Shown piece by piece: positions 19,201-28,623 of a stretch of DNA of 61,199 nucleotides. The position numbers were made by a program, and so were the translations under genes. Location of the stretch: the NCBI GenBank assembly GCA_036258335.1, contig DATADW010000083.1, forward strand, positions 1 through 61,199, given 5' to 3'. The stretch is from Acidimicrobiia bacterium (GTDB lineage Bacteria; Actinomycetota; Acidimicrobiia; Spongiisociales; DATADW01). Position 1 is the stretch's first letter. Every line of letters begins with the position of its first letter. The notes below the pieces were generated by a model, which was not told the origin of the DNA, did not search any database, and saw only the letters and a program-made list of their open reading frames with translations.

Positions 19201-20577
19201 ATGAAAGCGGGACCGCGAGTTGTGGTCGTGGCCAACCGATTGCCAGTGCGGCGTGAGGGCGACGGCTGGGAGGTCAGCCCGGGCGGGTTGGTGAGCGCGC
19301 TGACCCCGATACTCGAGAAGAGAGATGGGTCATGGGTCGGTTGGACCGGCATCCCGGACTTCTCGCACCCGCCGTTCACCCTCGAGGGCATCGAGCAGCG
19401 GCCGGTACAGCTCAGCGCCGCCGAGTTGGAGACCTTCTACCTGGGTTTCTGCAACGGCACCGTGTGGCCGCTCTACCACGATGCGCTGCGCACGCCCGAG
19501 TTCCACCGGCACTGGTGGCGACCGTACGTCGCCGCCAACCAGCGGTTCGCCGAAGAGGCAGCCGCTGCTACCCGCAGCGGCGACATCGCCTGGATCCAGG
19601 ACTACCAGCTGCAGCTTGTGCCAGCGATGTTGCGGCGCCTACGAGCCGACCTCTCGATCGGATTCTTCCTCCACATCCCCTTCCCTGCGGTCGAGTTGTT
19701 CGCTCGCCTCCCCTGGCGGACCCAGATGTTGGAGGGATTGCTCGGCGCCGACGTCATTGGTTTCCAGACCAGGCTCGCCGCGCAGAACTTCGCCCGCTCG
19801 GCGGTCCGTTTCACCAGCGCGACCGGCACGACGCGCCAGCTCGAGCACGAGGGCAGGACCATCCGAATCCAGGTCGCCCCCATCTCGATCGACACCGCTC
19901 GCTACCGAGCCGTGGCACAGTCGCCAGAGGTGGCCGATCTCACCCGCCGGCTGCGCTCTGATCTCGGGCCGGATCGGATCATCCTGCTTGGTGTCGACCG
20001 GCTCGACTACACCAAGGGCATCGATGTCCGGCTGCGTGCCTTCGAGACCCTGCTGACGACCAACCCCGAATTGGCTCGTCGCGCCGTGCTCGTACAGGTG
20101 GCGGTGCCCAGCCGCGAGGAGATCGAGGATTACGTCGATATGCGAAACCTGGTAGAGCAGCTCACCGGCCGGATAAACGGCGAATTCGGCGATTCGGAAT
20201 GGACGCCCGTGCTCTACCTCTACCGCAACCTGCCTCCCGAGGAGCTCATCGCCTACTACCGCGTGGCGGACGTCATGATCGTCACACCGCTGCGCGACGG
20301 GATGAACCTGGTGTGCAAGGAGTACGTGGCCAGCAGGGTCGATGGCGACGGCGTTCTCGTCCTGAGCGAGTTCGCCGGTGCCGCCCAGGAGCTGGGGGAC
20401 GCCATCATCGTCAACCCGCACGACCTCGACGGGACCGCCGCCGCATTGGAGCGAGCGATGACCCTCCCCCCGAAGGAGGCGCGCCGCCGCATGTCGCGGA
20501 TGAGAGCGGTGGTCGAGCGCCAAGACGTTTTCGGGTGGGCCGCCGGCTGTCTGGAGGAGCTCGGCATCGAGTCATGA
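19201..20577 (+). CDS. otsA: trehalose-6-phosphate synthase
   Basis: Starts MKAGPRVVVVANRLPV, followed by VSPGGLVSAL and the GT20 core. ATG 19201 chosen. Confidence 0.9.
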   Translation: MKAGPRVVVVANRLPVRREGDGWEVSPGGLVSALTPILEKRDGSWVGWTGIPDFSHPPFTLEGIEQRPVQLSAAELETFYLGFCNGTVWPLYHDALRTPEFHRHWWRPYVAANQRFAEEAAAATRSGDIAWIQDYQLQLVPAMLRRLRADLSIGFFLHIPFPAVELFARLPWRTQMLEGLLGADVIGFQTRLAAQNFARSAVRFTSATGTTRQLEHEGRTIRIQVAPISIDTARYRAVAQSPEVADLTRRLRSDLGPDRIILLGVDRLDYTKGIDVRLRAFETLLTTNPELARRAVLVQVAVPSREEIEDYVDMRNLVEQLTGRINGEFGDSEWTPVLYLYRNLPPEELIAYYRVADVMIVTPLRDGMNLVCKEYVASRVDGDGVLVLSEFAGAAQELGDAIIVNPHDLDGTAAALERAMTLPPKEARRRMSRMRAVVERQDVFGWAAGCLEELGIES

Positions 20578-21350
20578 CGACGGCTGTCGCTCCGAGCTTG
20601 GACAAGGCCTTGCGGCTGGCGGCAACGACCGGGCACCTTCTCGTGGCGAGCGACTTCGACGGGACGCTCGCCGAGATCGTGAGCCGCCCCGAGCTGGCGG
20701 TGGCTCATCCTGACGCCATCACCGCTCTGGCCGAGCTGGCCGCGTTGCGGGTCACCGACGCCGCGGTCATCTCGGGGCGATCTCGGTCCGACCTCGTCGG
20801 GTTGACCGGGAACCCCCCAGGTGTCGTGCTGGTGGGCGGCCATGGTTCCGAATGGGGTGCCGAGTGGGGAGGTGGGCTCGAGCTGACCGGCGAGCAGCGC
20901 ACCGCACTTGACGCCGCCGAGGCTCTGGTCGAGGAGGTAGCCGCTGGCCACCCAGGCTCGTTGGTCGAGCCGAAGCGGGCGGCTGTGGTGCTCCATACGA
21001 GGGGGATCGACGATCCAGCCGCTGCCGAGCGGGCAGCCTCGGCGGTGCGCGATGCAGCCGTCGACATTCCCGGTGTGGCGGTCCTCGATGGCAAGCGGGT
21101 CGTCGAGCTCACCGTGACGCCTGAAACCAAGGGGACGGCGCTGGCGGGCCTTCGACAGCGGATGGGGGCAACAGCCGTGGTGTTCATCGGGGACGACATG
21201 ACCGACGAGACCGCCTTCGAGGTGTTGGGTTCGACCGATATCGGCATCAGAGTGGGATCGGGTCGGACAGTCGCTCTCCACCGGGTAGGCACTGTGGAAG
21301 GCGTGGCGGGCCTATTGCAGCGTCTTCTCGAGCTGCGCCGCTCCCGATAG
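20574..21350 (+). CDS. otsB: trehalose-phosphate phosphatase (HAD)
   Basis: HAD motif I DFDGTLA, followed by ISGRS and GDDMTDE. ATGA overlap with the otsA stop. Confidence 0.85.
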   Translation: MTTAVAPSLDKALRLAATTGHLLVASDFDGTLAEIVSRPELAVAHPDAITALAELAALRVTDAAVISGRSRSDLVGLTGNPPGVVLVGGHGSEWGAEWGGGLELTGEQRTALDAAEALVEEVAAGHPGSLVEPKRAAVVLHTRGIDDPAAAERAASAVRDAAVDIPGVAVLDGKRVVELTVTPETKGTALAGLRQRMGATAVVFIGDDMTDETAFEVLGSTDIGIRVGSGRTVALHRVGTVEGVAGLLQRLLELRRSR

Positions 21351-21372
21351 GGTCTAACCGGTTGCGCTACTG

Positions 21373-24300
21373 CTAGATCGCACTCAGGACGGCCCGATCG
21401 CCCAGCGCCTCTCGCACCCCGGCTGCCGCAACCGGCACCAGATGTGAACGGTTGTTGAGCTCCCAGGCGAGCTCGCGCACCGCCTTCTCGATCATGGTGG
21501 CGTCGAGCAAGAGGATCAGGTCGTCGGTCTCGATGGGGAGCAACTGCCCGTCGCTCGCCTCGAGGTAGGTCCTGAGAAAGGCCGATGACACCCATGACCA
21601 CCAGGCTCGGGACCACGGCTCGTACTCGAAGACCGCTTCGGGGGCGATGGCGCCCCGCTCGACCTCGGCCAACAGCGTGGAGAGGGCGGCGTAGTGCAGC
21701 GACCGGAGCAGGTCGGCGATGTCACGGGCCGGTGACTCCTTCAGCCGGCGCTGGCTGAGCGGCTCGGATGTGTCGCCGGCGAAGTCAAACGGCATGAAGT
21801 CCCGACCTGTGGAGAGAATCTCGTCGAGCCGGTAGTCGCCGTGGCATCGGATCCGCATCCCGCCGACCCGCTCATCGTTCACCGATCGGGCGACGGTCAG
21901 GATCGCCTCCTCCCGCTCGCACAGCTCGGCTACAGCCGTGGCCACCGGTGGAGGGAGCTCCGGTGCCCGGCGCCGGGCCATCGCCAGGGTCTGCCGGATC
22001 GAGGCGCGGTAGCTCTGGGCGAGCGACCGTCGGTACAGCGAGGTGAGCGGCTCTGGCCGGAAGTCGGGATCCTCCAAATCGGATGCCAAGGCACGGTGCA
22101 GCTCGGCGGTGAGCCGGCCCAGCGCCTCGCCGACCTGGAGGTCGGTGTCGATGCGCTCCGCCAGCCAGGTAGGGGGGGCGGCGCTCATCAGATGCAGCGG
22201 GTGGCGCCGCACCGGAGGGCTGGTACGGAACTCGCGGGGAGCCGCGGCCAACTCGTCGTAGAACAGCCCGAGCGAGTCGGTGAGCAGCTCCCAGGCGGTT
22301 CCCTCGTGTGGGACGTACTCCTGGAGAAGAGCGACCGTGCTGGCCTCCTCAGGCCCGTCGCGATAGTCGAGGGCGCCGAGCACGGCCGGGAGAGCGTGGA
22401 AAGAGGTGCGCTCGGTGAGGAAGCGGCGCAGCTCCAAGTCGGGGTGGATCCCCGGCTCGGTTCGGCGGAACAGCTTGATCGCGATCCCCCCTCCAAAGAC
22501 GACGTTTGTGTGTCCCTCAGGGGAGTCGTGCATATAGACCTGCTCCTCCAACGCTGCGGAGATCCGGTCGGCGTCGATCCCTTCGCCCGGTGTCCCCGCC
22601 AGCGCCGCCGAGGCGCCGTGCCTTCTCCCGCCCTCTGCCATAAGGCGCAGCGTCCCAGCCCGGAGTTGGGGGTCCCACAACCCGTCGATGACCGTGGCCA
22701 TCCCGTCATCGAGCCTGAGATGGGCGATGGCGGGGCGGTCGGGCGGTGGGTTGGGCTCATCGGGTACCACGGCGAGCGGTATGACGTATTGCTCCGGCTC
22801 ACCTTCTGAGTAGTCCACCGCCAACGTTGCAAGCCACGAGTCCAGCCCGTCGACGCCCAGCGGGACCACCTCGGGGATCCGGGCGCCCACCGCACGCCGC
22901 AGCCGGCTGCGGAACCAGGCCCGATTCCGGGCGTAGCGGAGCAGCGCCAGAGGAAAGCCGGTCCGCTCCTCGAAGAGGACATCGAGCGGGCCGCGGATCG
23001 TCAACTCTGGGACGGCCTCGCCGGTGGCGGTGATCGGCTCAAAGCTAGGGACGAGTTCGAACCAGTAAAAAGAGTGGGGTCCCAAGGTGAGCACCCATGG
23101 CCCCTCGCCTATCCGGGGGAACTCGGTGCGCCCGAAGAGCTCGACTGGGACCGATCCGCCAAAGGCGGTGAGGTCGAGCTCGACGAACTGGCTGAACCGT
23201 GAGAGGTTGGCGACGACGACCACCGTCTCCTCGCCATGACGCCGGAGAAATGCGAGAACTCGCGGGTTCTCGGGATGGAGGAACTCGATGTCCCCCCGGC
23301 CGAAAACCTGGTGGCGCCGCCTCAGGGCGACAATGCGTCTGGTCCACCACAACAGCGAGCTTGGGTTGGATCGTTGGGCCTCGACGTTGACTGTCTCGTA
23401 GTGGTACTCAGGGTCGATGATCACCGGCATGTAGAGGCTCTGGGGATTCGCCACCGAGAAACCGGCGTTGCGATCGCTCGACCATTGCATCGGGGTCCTG
23501 ACCCCGTTGCGATCCCCCAAGTAGATGTTGTCGCCCATGCCTATCTCGTCGCCGTAGTAGAGGACCGGGGTACCAGGCAGTGACAAGAGGAGCGCGTTCA
23601 TCAACTCGATCCTGCGCCGGCTGTTGTCGAGCAAGGGAGCCAACCGGCGCCTGATGCCGAGGTTGAGGCGGGCTCTGCGGTCCCTGGCGTAGGTGCGGTA
23701 CATGAAGTCCCGCTCTTCCTCGGTGACCATCTCCAAGGTGAGCTCGTCGTGGTTGCGAAGGAAGATGGCCCATTGGCTGTTCTCCGGGATTGTCGGTGTC
23801 TGCTCCAGGATGTCCACGATGGGGAACCGGTTCTCCATCTGTATCGACATGAACAGGCGCGGCATCAGGGGGAAGTGGAACGCCATGTGGCACTCGTCCC
23901 CGTCGCCGAAATAGGCGGCGGCGTCCTCGGGCCACTGGTTGGCCTCGGCGAGGAGCATCCGCTCCTGGTACCGCTCCGAGAGGTGGCGGCGCAGGTCCTT
24001 CAGCTGCTGGTGGGTCTCCCGGAGGTTCTCGCATATGGTCCCTTCGCGTTCGTACAGGTAGGGGACGGCGTCGAGACGGAGCCCATCGACCCCCAGGTCG
24101 AGCCAGAAGTCGAGCACCGAGCGCAGCGCCTCTTCGACCTGTGGGTTGTCGTAGTTGAGGTCGGGCTGATGGCCAAAGAACCGGTGCCAGAAGTAGGCAC
24201 GGGCCACCGGGTCCCACGACCAGTTGGAGGTCTCGGTGTCCTGGAAGATGATCCGCGCTTGGCGGTACTTGTCGGGGCTGTCACTCCACACGTAGAAGTC

Positions 24301-24690
24301 ACGTTCGGTGGTTCCCGCGGGCGAACGCCGGGCGCGCTGAAACCAGGGGTGCTGGTCGGATGTGTGGTTGATGACCAACTCGGTGATCACCCGCAACCCC
24401 CGGCGATGAGCAGCCCCGAGGAACTCCTCGAAGTCGTCGATGGTGCCGTATGCGGGATGGACGCTGGTGTAGTCAGCGATGTCGTACCCGTCATCGCGCA
24501 ACGGCGACGGGTAGAAGGGCAGCAGCCATACGGCGGTGACCCCCAGATCCTGGAGATGGTCGAGCCGGCTCGTCAGCCCGCGGAAGTCCCCTATGCCGTC
24601 AGCGTTGGAATCCTGGAAGGCGCGGACGTGCACCTCGTAGATGACGGCGTCCTTGTACCAGAGGGGGTCCTGGGTCAGTAGCGATCTCAT
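21373..24690 (-). CDS. treS: trehalose synthase fused to maltokinase (TreS-Pep2)
   Basis: N-terminal GH13 TreS ([30 protein letters not shown]) followed by a roughly 450-aa kinase-like C-terminal half. Total 1105 aa. Confidence 0.9.
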   Translation of the reverse strand: MRSLLTQDPLWYKDAVIYEVHVRAFQDSNADGIGDFRGLTSRLDHLQDLGVTAVWLLPFYPSPLRDDGYDIADYTSVHPAYGTIDDFEEFLGAAHRRGLRVITELVINHTSDQHPWFQRARRSPAGTTERDFYVWSDSPDKYRQARIIFQDTETSNWSWDPVARAYFWHRFFGHQPDLNYDNPQVEEALRSVLDFWLDLGVDGLRLDAVPYLYEREGTICENLRETHQQLKDLRRHLSERYQERMLLAEANQWPEDAAAYFGDGDECHMAFHFPLMPRLFMSIQMENRFPIVDILEQTPTIPENSQWAIFLRNHDELTLEMVTEEERDFMYRTYARDRRARLNLGIRRRLAPLLDNSRRRIELMNALLLSLPGTPVLYYGDEIGMGDNIYLGDRNGVRTPMQWSSDRNAGFSVANPQSLYMPVIIDPEYHYETVNVEAQRSNPSSLLWWTRRIVALRRRHQVFGRGDIEFLHPENPRVLAFLRRHGEETVVVVANLSRFSQFVELDLTAFGGSVPVELFGRTEFPRIGEGPWVLTLGPHSFYWFELVPSFEPITATGEAVPELTIRGPLDVLFEERTGFPLALLRYARNRAWFRSRLRRAVGARIPEVVPLGVDGLDSWLATLAVDYSEGEPEQYVIPLAVVPDEPNPPPDRPAIAHLRLDDGMATVIDGLWDPQLRAGTLRLMAEGGRRHGASAALAGTPGEGIDADRISAALEEQVYMHDSPEGHTNVVFGGGIAIKLFRRTEPGIHPDLELRRFLTERTSFHALPAVLGALDYRDGPEEASTVALLQEYVPHEGTAWELLTDSLGLFYDELAAAPREFRTSPPVRRHPLHLMSAAPPTWLAERIDTDLQVGEALGRLTAELHRALASDLEDPDFRPEPLTSLYRRSLAQSYRASIRQTLAMARRRAPELPPPVATAVAELCEREEAILTVARSVNDERVGGMRIRCHGDYRLDEILSTGRDFMPFDFAGDTSEPLSQRRLKESPARDIADLLRSLHYAALSTLLAEVERGAIAPEAVFEYEPWSRAWWSWVSSAFLRTYLEASDGQLLPIETDDLILLLDATMIEKAVRELAWELNNRSHLVPVAAAGVREALGDRAVLSAI

Positions 24691-25061
24691 CTCGGTGTGT
24701 TGTGGTCCTCGACCTCGTGGCCGGCGTCCCTCAACGCCGCCCTGGCCTCGGGGAGGCGCTCAGCAGATATCAGGATGAAGTCGGTCTCGTAGGTGGACAC
24801 GGCGAGCACGCTGATTCCGGAATCGGCCAGCGCGGCGAGCAGCGACGAGAGAATCCCCGTCTCGTCGTGCTCGGGCGCGCTTGCCAGTCTCATTGCGGCA
24901 ATACCGGTGCGCGCCTCCTGACCAGGTGGCACGTCCCGCTCGTCGCAGATGACAGATAGTTCGTCGGCGCTCCTGGTGATCGAGAAGAACGGGCTGGTCA
25001 AGGCCCACTGTGGCGGCGGCTGCCACGGGTCGAGCCGGCAGGCGGCCAGCCGGTAGTTCAT
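24687..25061 (-). CDS. ACT-domain small protein
   Basis: MNYRLAA...[19 protein letters not shown]...[32 protein letters not shown] matches the stand-alone ACT family pattern. Its stop overlaps the treS ATG (ATGA). Coordinates are taken from ORF-track frame arithmetic. Confidence 0.7.
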   Translation of the reverse strand: MNYRLAACRLDPWQPPPQWALTSPFFSITRSADELSVICDERDVPPGQEARTGIAAMRLASAPEHDETGILSSLLAALADSGISVLAVSTYETDFILISAERLPEARAALRDAGHEVEDHNTPR

Positions 25062-25114
25062 GAGGATGAGTCGCACGATGAGAAGTCTGCCAGGGCGGAG
25101 GCGGGTGCGGCGAC

Positions 25115-25549
25115 TCAGCTCCCGCCTTCGGGGAGCGGACCCTGTGAACGCATCACCGCATCGCTCAGGAAGGAGGGGACAGCCACCGGCTTGAACGTCG
25201 TGTGATCGACGATCACCTGGACCTGGACCGCCTCTGCCACGGTTCGGCCGCTCGCCTCCTCCCAAGTGCGCAACTCGAAGACGAGCGAGGTGTTCCCGAT
25301 CCGCTTCACCCGCGCCCCGGTGACCAGCACCTCTCCCAGCCGGCCGGACGACCGGAAGTCGATCTCGGTCCTGGCCAGCACCATGTCGTGGCCGCTGGCA
25401 TTCAGATCCGACCACGGCACCCCTATGGCGTCGAAGTAGTCGGTGACGGTGTCGTCGAAGTAGGTGGCGTACATCCCGTTGAAGACCACGCCCTGCGCGT
25501 CGGTATCGGAGAATCGCACCTTGCGTTCGTAGGTGACGGGCCACTCCAT
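25115..25549 (-). CDS. acyl-CoA thioesterase (4HBT/YbgC-like hotdog fold)
   Basis: VRFSDTDAQGVVFNGMYATYFD is the typical catalytic-Asp region. Length 144 aa. Confidence 0.8.
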   Translation of the reverse strand: MEWPVTYERKVRFSDTDAQGVVFNGMYATYFDDTVTDYFDAIGVPWSDLNASGHDMVLARTEIDFRSSGRLGEVLVTGARVKRIGNTSLVFELRTWEEASGRTVAEAVQVQVIVDHTTFKPVAVPSFLSDAVMRSQGPLPEGGS

Positions 25550-25571
25550 GGCGGGCGAGGCTAGGCCTACA

Positions 25572-25585
25572 GACGGCAGACGGTT
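25572..25585 (+). repeat. heptamer array (gacggca gacggtt)
   Basis: Read directly. cagacggcagacgg (25570-25583) is a perfect inverted copy of ccgtctgccgtctg at 26166-26179. Confidence 0.8.
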
Positions 25586-25601
25586 CTTACACCACCCCTA
25601 A

Positions 25602-25764
25602 GCTCGCTTCGCTCGGGATCGGCTCCCCCTCCCGGTGACGGAGGGGGTTGGGGGGAGGCTGATTGCCGCCGCTCGCCCCAGTCACCCGCTCCGCTCGCTC
25701 CGCTGGCGCTTCCCCCTCACCGGGGGAGGCACTGGTCACCCCCTCCGCAGCGGGTAGGGGGGCC
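25602..25764 (+). repeat. duplicated G-tract/C-tract hairpin module (REP-like element or structured RNA)
   Basis: The leader GCTCGCTYCGCTSGG occurs twice, each time followed by a C-tract/G-tract hairpin. CCCCCTCC (25625-32) pairs with GGAGGGGG (25640-47). gcttccccc (25708-16) pairs with gggggaggc (25722-30). ccccc (25739-43) pairs with ggggg (25757-61). Confidence 0.5.
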
Positions 25765-25871
25765 CCGGACTCCCAATCTTGCCCGACCCGCGGCTTTCGC
25801 ATCTCTGGGAGTGGTGCGGGCCGGGGGAGGGAATCGTTGCTCTGTACTCTCGCGGCGCCACAAGGAGGACA

Positions 25872-26156
25872 GTGCGGGAAACGACGAACGGCTTAGCTAG
25901 CCCGGTCGCCATCGTGCTCGGATTGGTGGCTCTAGCCCTTCATTTGGTGGTGGGGTACTTCGTGCTGGCGTCTGGACTGGTTGCGCCATTGTGGGCTGTG
26001 CTGATGCTCGTGTTGATCTGGGTGGTCGCCCTGATAGTCGGCTGGCGGATATGGCGAACCCATCCGGCCGTGGCGGTCGTGGTCCCGGTCGCCACCGCTC
26101 TGATCTGGCTAGCCGTCATCGCTGCCGGTGGTCGTTTCCTCGGTTGGACGGCCTGA
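25872..26156 (+). CDS. small membrane protein (94 aa, 3 predicted TM)
   Basis: AAGGAGG lies 3 nt before GTG 25872. The product VRETTNGLASPVAIVLGLVALALHLVVGYFVLASGLVAPLWAVLMLVLIWVVALIVGW continues hydrophobic. Same frame as track ORF 25779..26156. Confidence 0.55.
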   Translation: MRETTNGLASPVAIVLGLVALALHLVVGYFVLASGLVAPLWAVLMLVLIWVVALIVGWRIWRTHPAVAVVVPVATALIWLAVIAAGGRFLGWTA

Positions 26157-26161
26157 TCCCA

Positions 26162-26187
26162 CTCCCGTCTGCCGTCTGACGTCTCGG
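26162..26187 (-). repeat. heptamer array, inverted orientation (gtctgcc gtctgac gtctcgg)
   Basis: Read directly. It fills the 31-nt gap between two convergent stops. Confidence 0.8.
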
Positions 26188-27225
26188 CTAGCTGTCCCCG
26201 TCGGTGTCGCCGAACATCAGGGTGACCCCGAGCACTGAGACGACCTCGGTGGACAAGGTGCGGTGGAGCGCTCTAGCCGCCTCCTCCGCTGCTGCCAGGT
26301 CTGCGGGATCGGCCTTTTCGAGCGAGGCGGGCAGTGCCGCGAGCAGTTCGCTGAGGTCTGACATTCGGGTCAGGACTCGTTCGTCGGTCGCGGCGAAGCC
26401 TGCAGCCACCAAGGGGGAGAGCCCTCCTTTGCCACCGCCCTCGTAGACGGCGGCGACACCCTGGATGACCGCCTCCGCCTCGCGTGCTCCAATGCCGGCA
26501 GCGCCCTGGGCTTCCCCCGGGGCGGGAATGCCATCGTTGGTGCTCCCGGTGGCGATCCCGAGTCGTCGGTCGGCTACCTCCTGGACGGCGAAGATGAGGT
26601 CGTTGACCACGTCATCGAGCTCCTCCTGCGAGCGCTGCTCCGACTGGGTGTCATCGAGCGCGGCGAGCACCGTTGCCGCCGCCTCCTCCACCACCGTCGA
26701 TGCAGATGCAGCCATCTGGCATCGCCGCTCGGCTCTCCCGGACAGCGCCTCGGAGCCGGGACCGAACAGCAGCCACTCGATGGCGCGCAGCCCGCGCTGG
26801 TCGGCTCCGAGTTGCCTGATGGCCTCGACCGACACCGGGTCGGTCCCCGCCAGCAATGCCTCGACTCCTTCGATGTCCGGGGCAAAGGTGAAGCTCGCTT
26901 CTAGCCGCATCTCGTCGACTCGGGCGCTGTGGGCGGTGGTCCGAAGCCACGCCAGCCAGGCGGCCCCCCAAGCGGCCCTCGCCTCGGCAAGCGAATCCTG
27001 GGAAGGTTGCTGGCAGAGCATGTTGGTCGCTTCGACCAGGTCAGTGGCGCTATCGGCCAGCACGCCGTAGGCCGGGATGATCACCTCATCGTTGATCTGG
27101 TCGAGGGCCGTTCGTCGATCGGCTTCTCCTTCCACTGTTGTCGGTGGCGCGCTCGAGACGGATCCGCCCGAAGCACTACAAGCGGCGACGGTAAGCGCGA
27201 CGAGGATCACTGCCGGCCACCTCAC
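26188..27225 (-). CDS. imelysin-like lipoprotein (degenerate metal motif)
   Basis: Starts VRWPAVILVALTVAAC (lipobox). GLRAIEWLLFGP sits where imelysins carry GxHxxE. The GTG overlaps the upstream stop (GTGA at 27222-27225). Confidence 0.7.
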   Translation of the reverse strand: MRWPAVILVALTVAACSASGGSVSSAPPTTVEGEADRRTALDQINDEVIIPAYGVLADSATDLVEATNMLCQQPSQDSLAEARAAWGAAWLAWLRTTAHSARVDEMRLEASFTFAPDIEGVEALLAGTDPVSVEAIRQLGADQRGLRAIEWLLFGPGSEALSGRAERRCQMAASASTVVEEAAATVLAALDDTQSEQRSQEELDDVVNDLIFAVQEVADRRLGIATGSTNDGIPAPGEAQGAAGIGAREAEAVIQGVAAVYEGGGKGGLSPLVAAGFAATDERVLTRMSDLSELLAALPASLEKADPADLAAAEEAARALHRTLSTEVVSVLGVTLMFGDTDGDS

Positions 27226-28619
27226 AGCGACTCCAGGAACGCCAAGAGAGCAGCCCGCTGCTCGGCGGTGAGCGCTTCGAACCTGGAGCGGGTCCCCTCC
27301 GCCTCCCCCCCGTGCCAGAGGATCGCCTCCTCCAGGTCGTGTGCCCTCCCGTCGTGGAGAAACCGGGTGTGTCCCGATACCACATCTGTCAGGCCGATCC
27401 CCCAAAGCGGAGGGGTCCTCCATTCGGATCCGCTCGCCTCGAACTCGGGCCGGCCGTCTGCCAATCCCTCACCCATGTCGTGGAGAAGGAGGTCGGTGTA
27501 GGGATGAATCAGCTGCAATGCCAGGCCCGATATCTCGGACTCCCCAGTGCGGAGCGTGTCGCGATGGCAGGCGGTGCATCCAACGGTGGCAAAGAGGGTT
27601 TCTCCCTCTTGGGCCGCAGTGTCATCGATGTCGCGTCGCGCCGGCACCGCAAGGGTGGACGAGTAGAAGGTCACCCGTTCCAGCTTGTGGTCGTCGAGTT
27701 CGGGATCGCCGCCTGTCGGCGCCTCGACGCAGGCGCGCTGGGTGGGGGTGCACGGTTGTTCGGTGAACAGCGACGAGGTGATCCCGATGTCACCCTCGAA
27801 AGCGGCCGCCACCTGTTGCTCCAAGGTGGGGACGTTCGCCTTCCAGCCGAACCGGCCGATGACCGTGTCGCCGGTGGCGACCTCCCACACTCGGTTGGGG
27901 CGGCCCGAGACCCCGTCGCCGTCGGCGTCATCCGGGTCGGCAGCCGACAGGATCTCCGCATCGGGCACCGCCTCTAGCAAGCCGCCCCCATGTATCGGCG
28001 GTGCCACCCGCGCCGAGAACATCGATGCCGCCACCGGGCCATATGCGGGGTCGGCGATGATGTGGGTGGGGTCGGAGAGGGTGGCAGTGGCGCCATCCGG
28101 GTAGGTGTACGTGACTAGCTCCGCGAGGACTCTGATCATCCCCTCAGGAAGGACGCCGTTTATGGCGCGGTCCTGCAACTGGCCGCCATAGACCGGGTCG
28201 GGACGTGGCTCACCGTGCGGCCCAACCCCGGGCACCGAGAGCCTGACAAGCATTCCTCTCTCCGGGTCCTGGTCGTCCTCGGGGGGGCGGCCGCGCCCGT
28301 CCCGGAAGTGGCAAGACGAGCACGATTGGGCGTTGAACAGCGGACCGAGGCCGTCGCGTCCATCGGTCGAAGCTGGCGCCGTCACCCAGTTGTCGTTGAA
28401 GAAGTTGTTGCCCACCGCAAATGCCCGCCGCTCCAACGGTGACAGGGTGGGGAGGGCAAGTCCGAATGCACTCGATGAGGTGTCGAAGACCGTTGCATCT
28501 CCACCGGAGCGCGCCTCTACCGGGATGGTGGTTGTCGACGGCGGGCTCGTGTCCGCCGGTTGACCGGTGGTGCAAGCAGCCAGTAACGCCAACAGCCAGA
28601 GCTGCACCCGGCGCCGCAA
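27222..28619 (-). CDS. di-haem cytochrome c / DUF1111 (putative peroxidase, so-called thiol oxidoreductase)
   Basis: Two CxxCH motifs (CSSCHFRDGRG, GCTACHRD) and a lipoprotein-like start LRRRVQLWLLALLAAC at TTG 28619. Confidence 0.8.
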   Translation of the reverse strand: MRRRVQLWLLALLAACTTGQPADTSPPSTTTIPVEARSGGDATVFDTSSSAFGLALPTLSPLERRAFAVGNNFFNDNWVTAPASTDGRDGLGPLFNAQSCSSCHFRDGRGRPPEDDQDPERGMLVRLSVPGVGPHGEPRPDPVYGGQLQDRAINGVLPEGMIRVLAELVTYTYPDGATATLSDPTHIIADPAYGPVAASMFSARVAPPIHGGGLLEAVPDAEILSAADPDDADGDGVSGRPNRVWEVATGDTVIGRFGWKANVPTLEQQVAAAFEGDIGITSSLFTEQPCTPTQRACVEAPTGGDPELDDHKLERVTFYSSTLAVPARRDIDDTAAQEGETLFATVGCTACHRDTLRTGESEISGLALQLIHPYTDLLLHDMGEGLADGRPEFEASGSEWRTPPLWGIGLTDVVSGHTRFLHDGRAHDLEEAILWHGGEAEGTRSRFEALTAEQRAALLAFLESL

Positions 28620-28623
28620 CCGA

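Noticed and set aside
25020-25141. An apparent 1-nt offset between my reading of the printed sequence and the ORF-track translations. There seems to be an extra c near 25020 and a missing c near 25141. Taken literally, this would frameshift both the ACT gene and the thioesterase gene.
   Set aside because: The two differences cancel. Both ORF-track proteins are full-length and family-typical, and coordinates agree again at 24690 and 25549. I treated this as my own reading problem and used ORF-track frames for these two genes.
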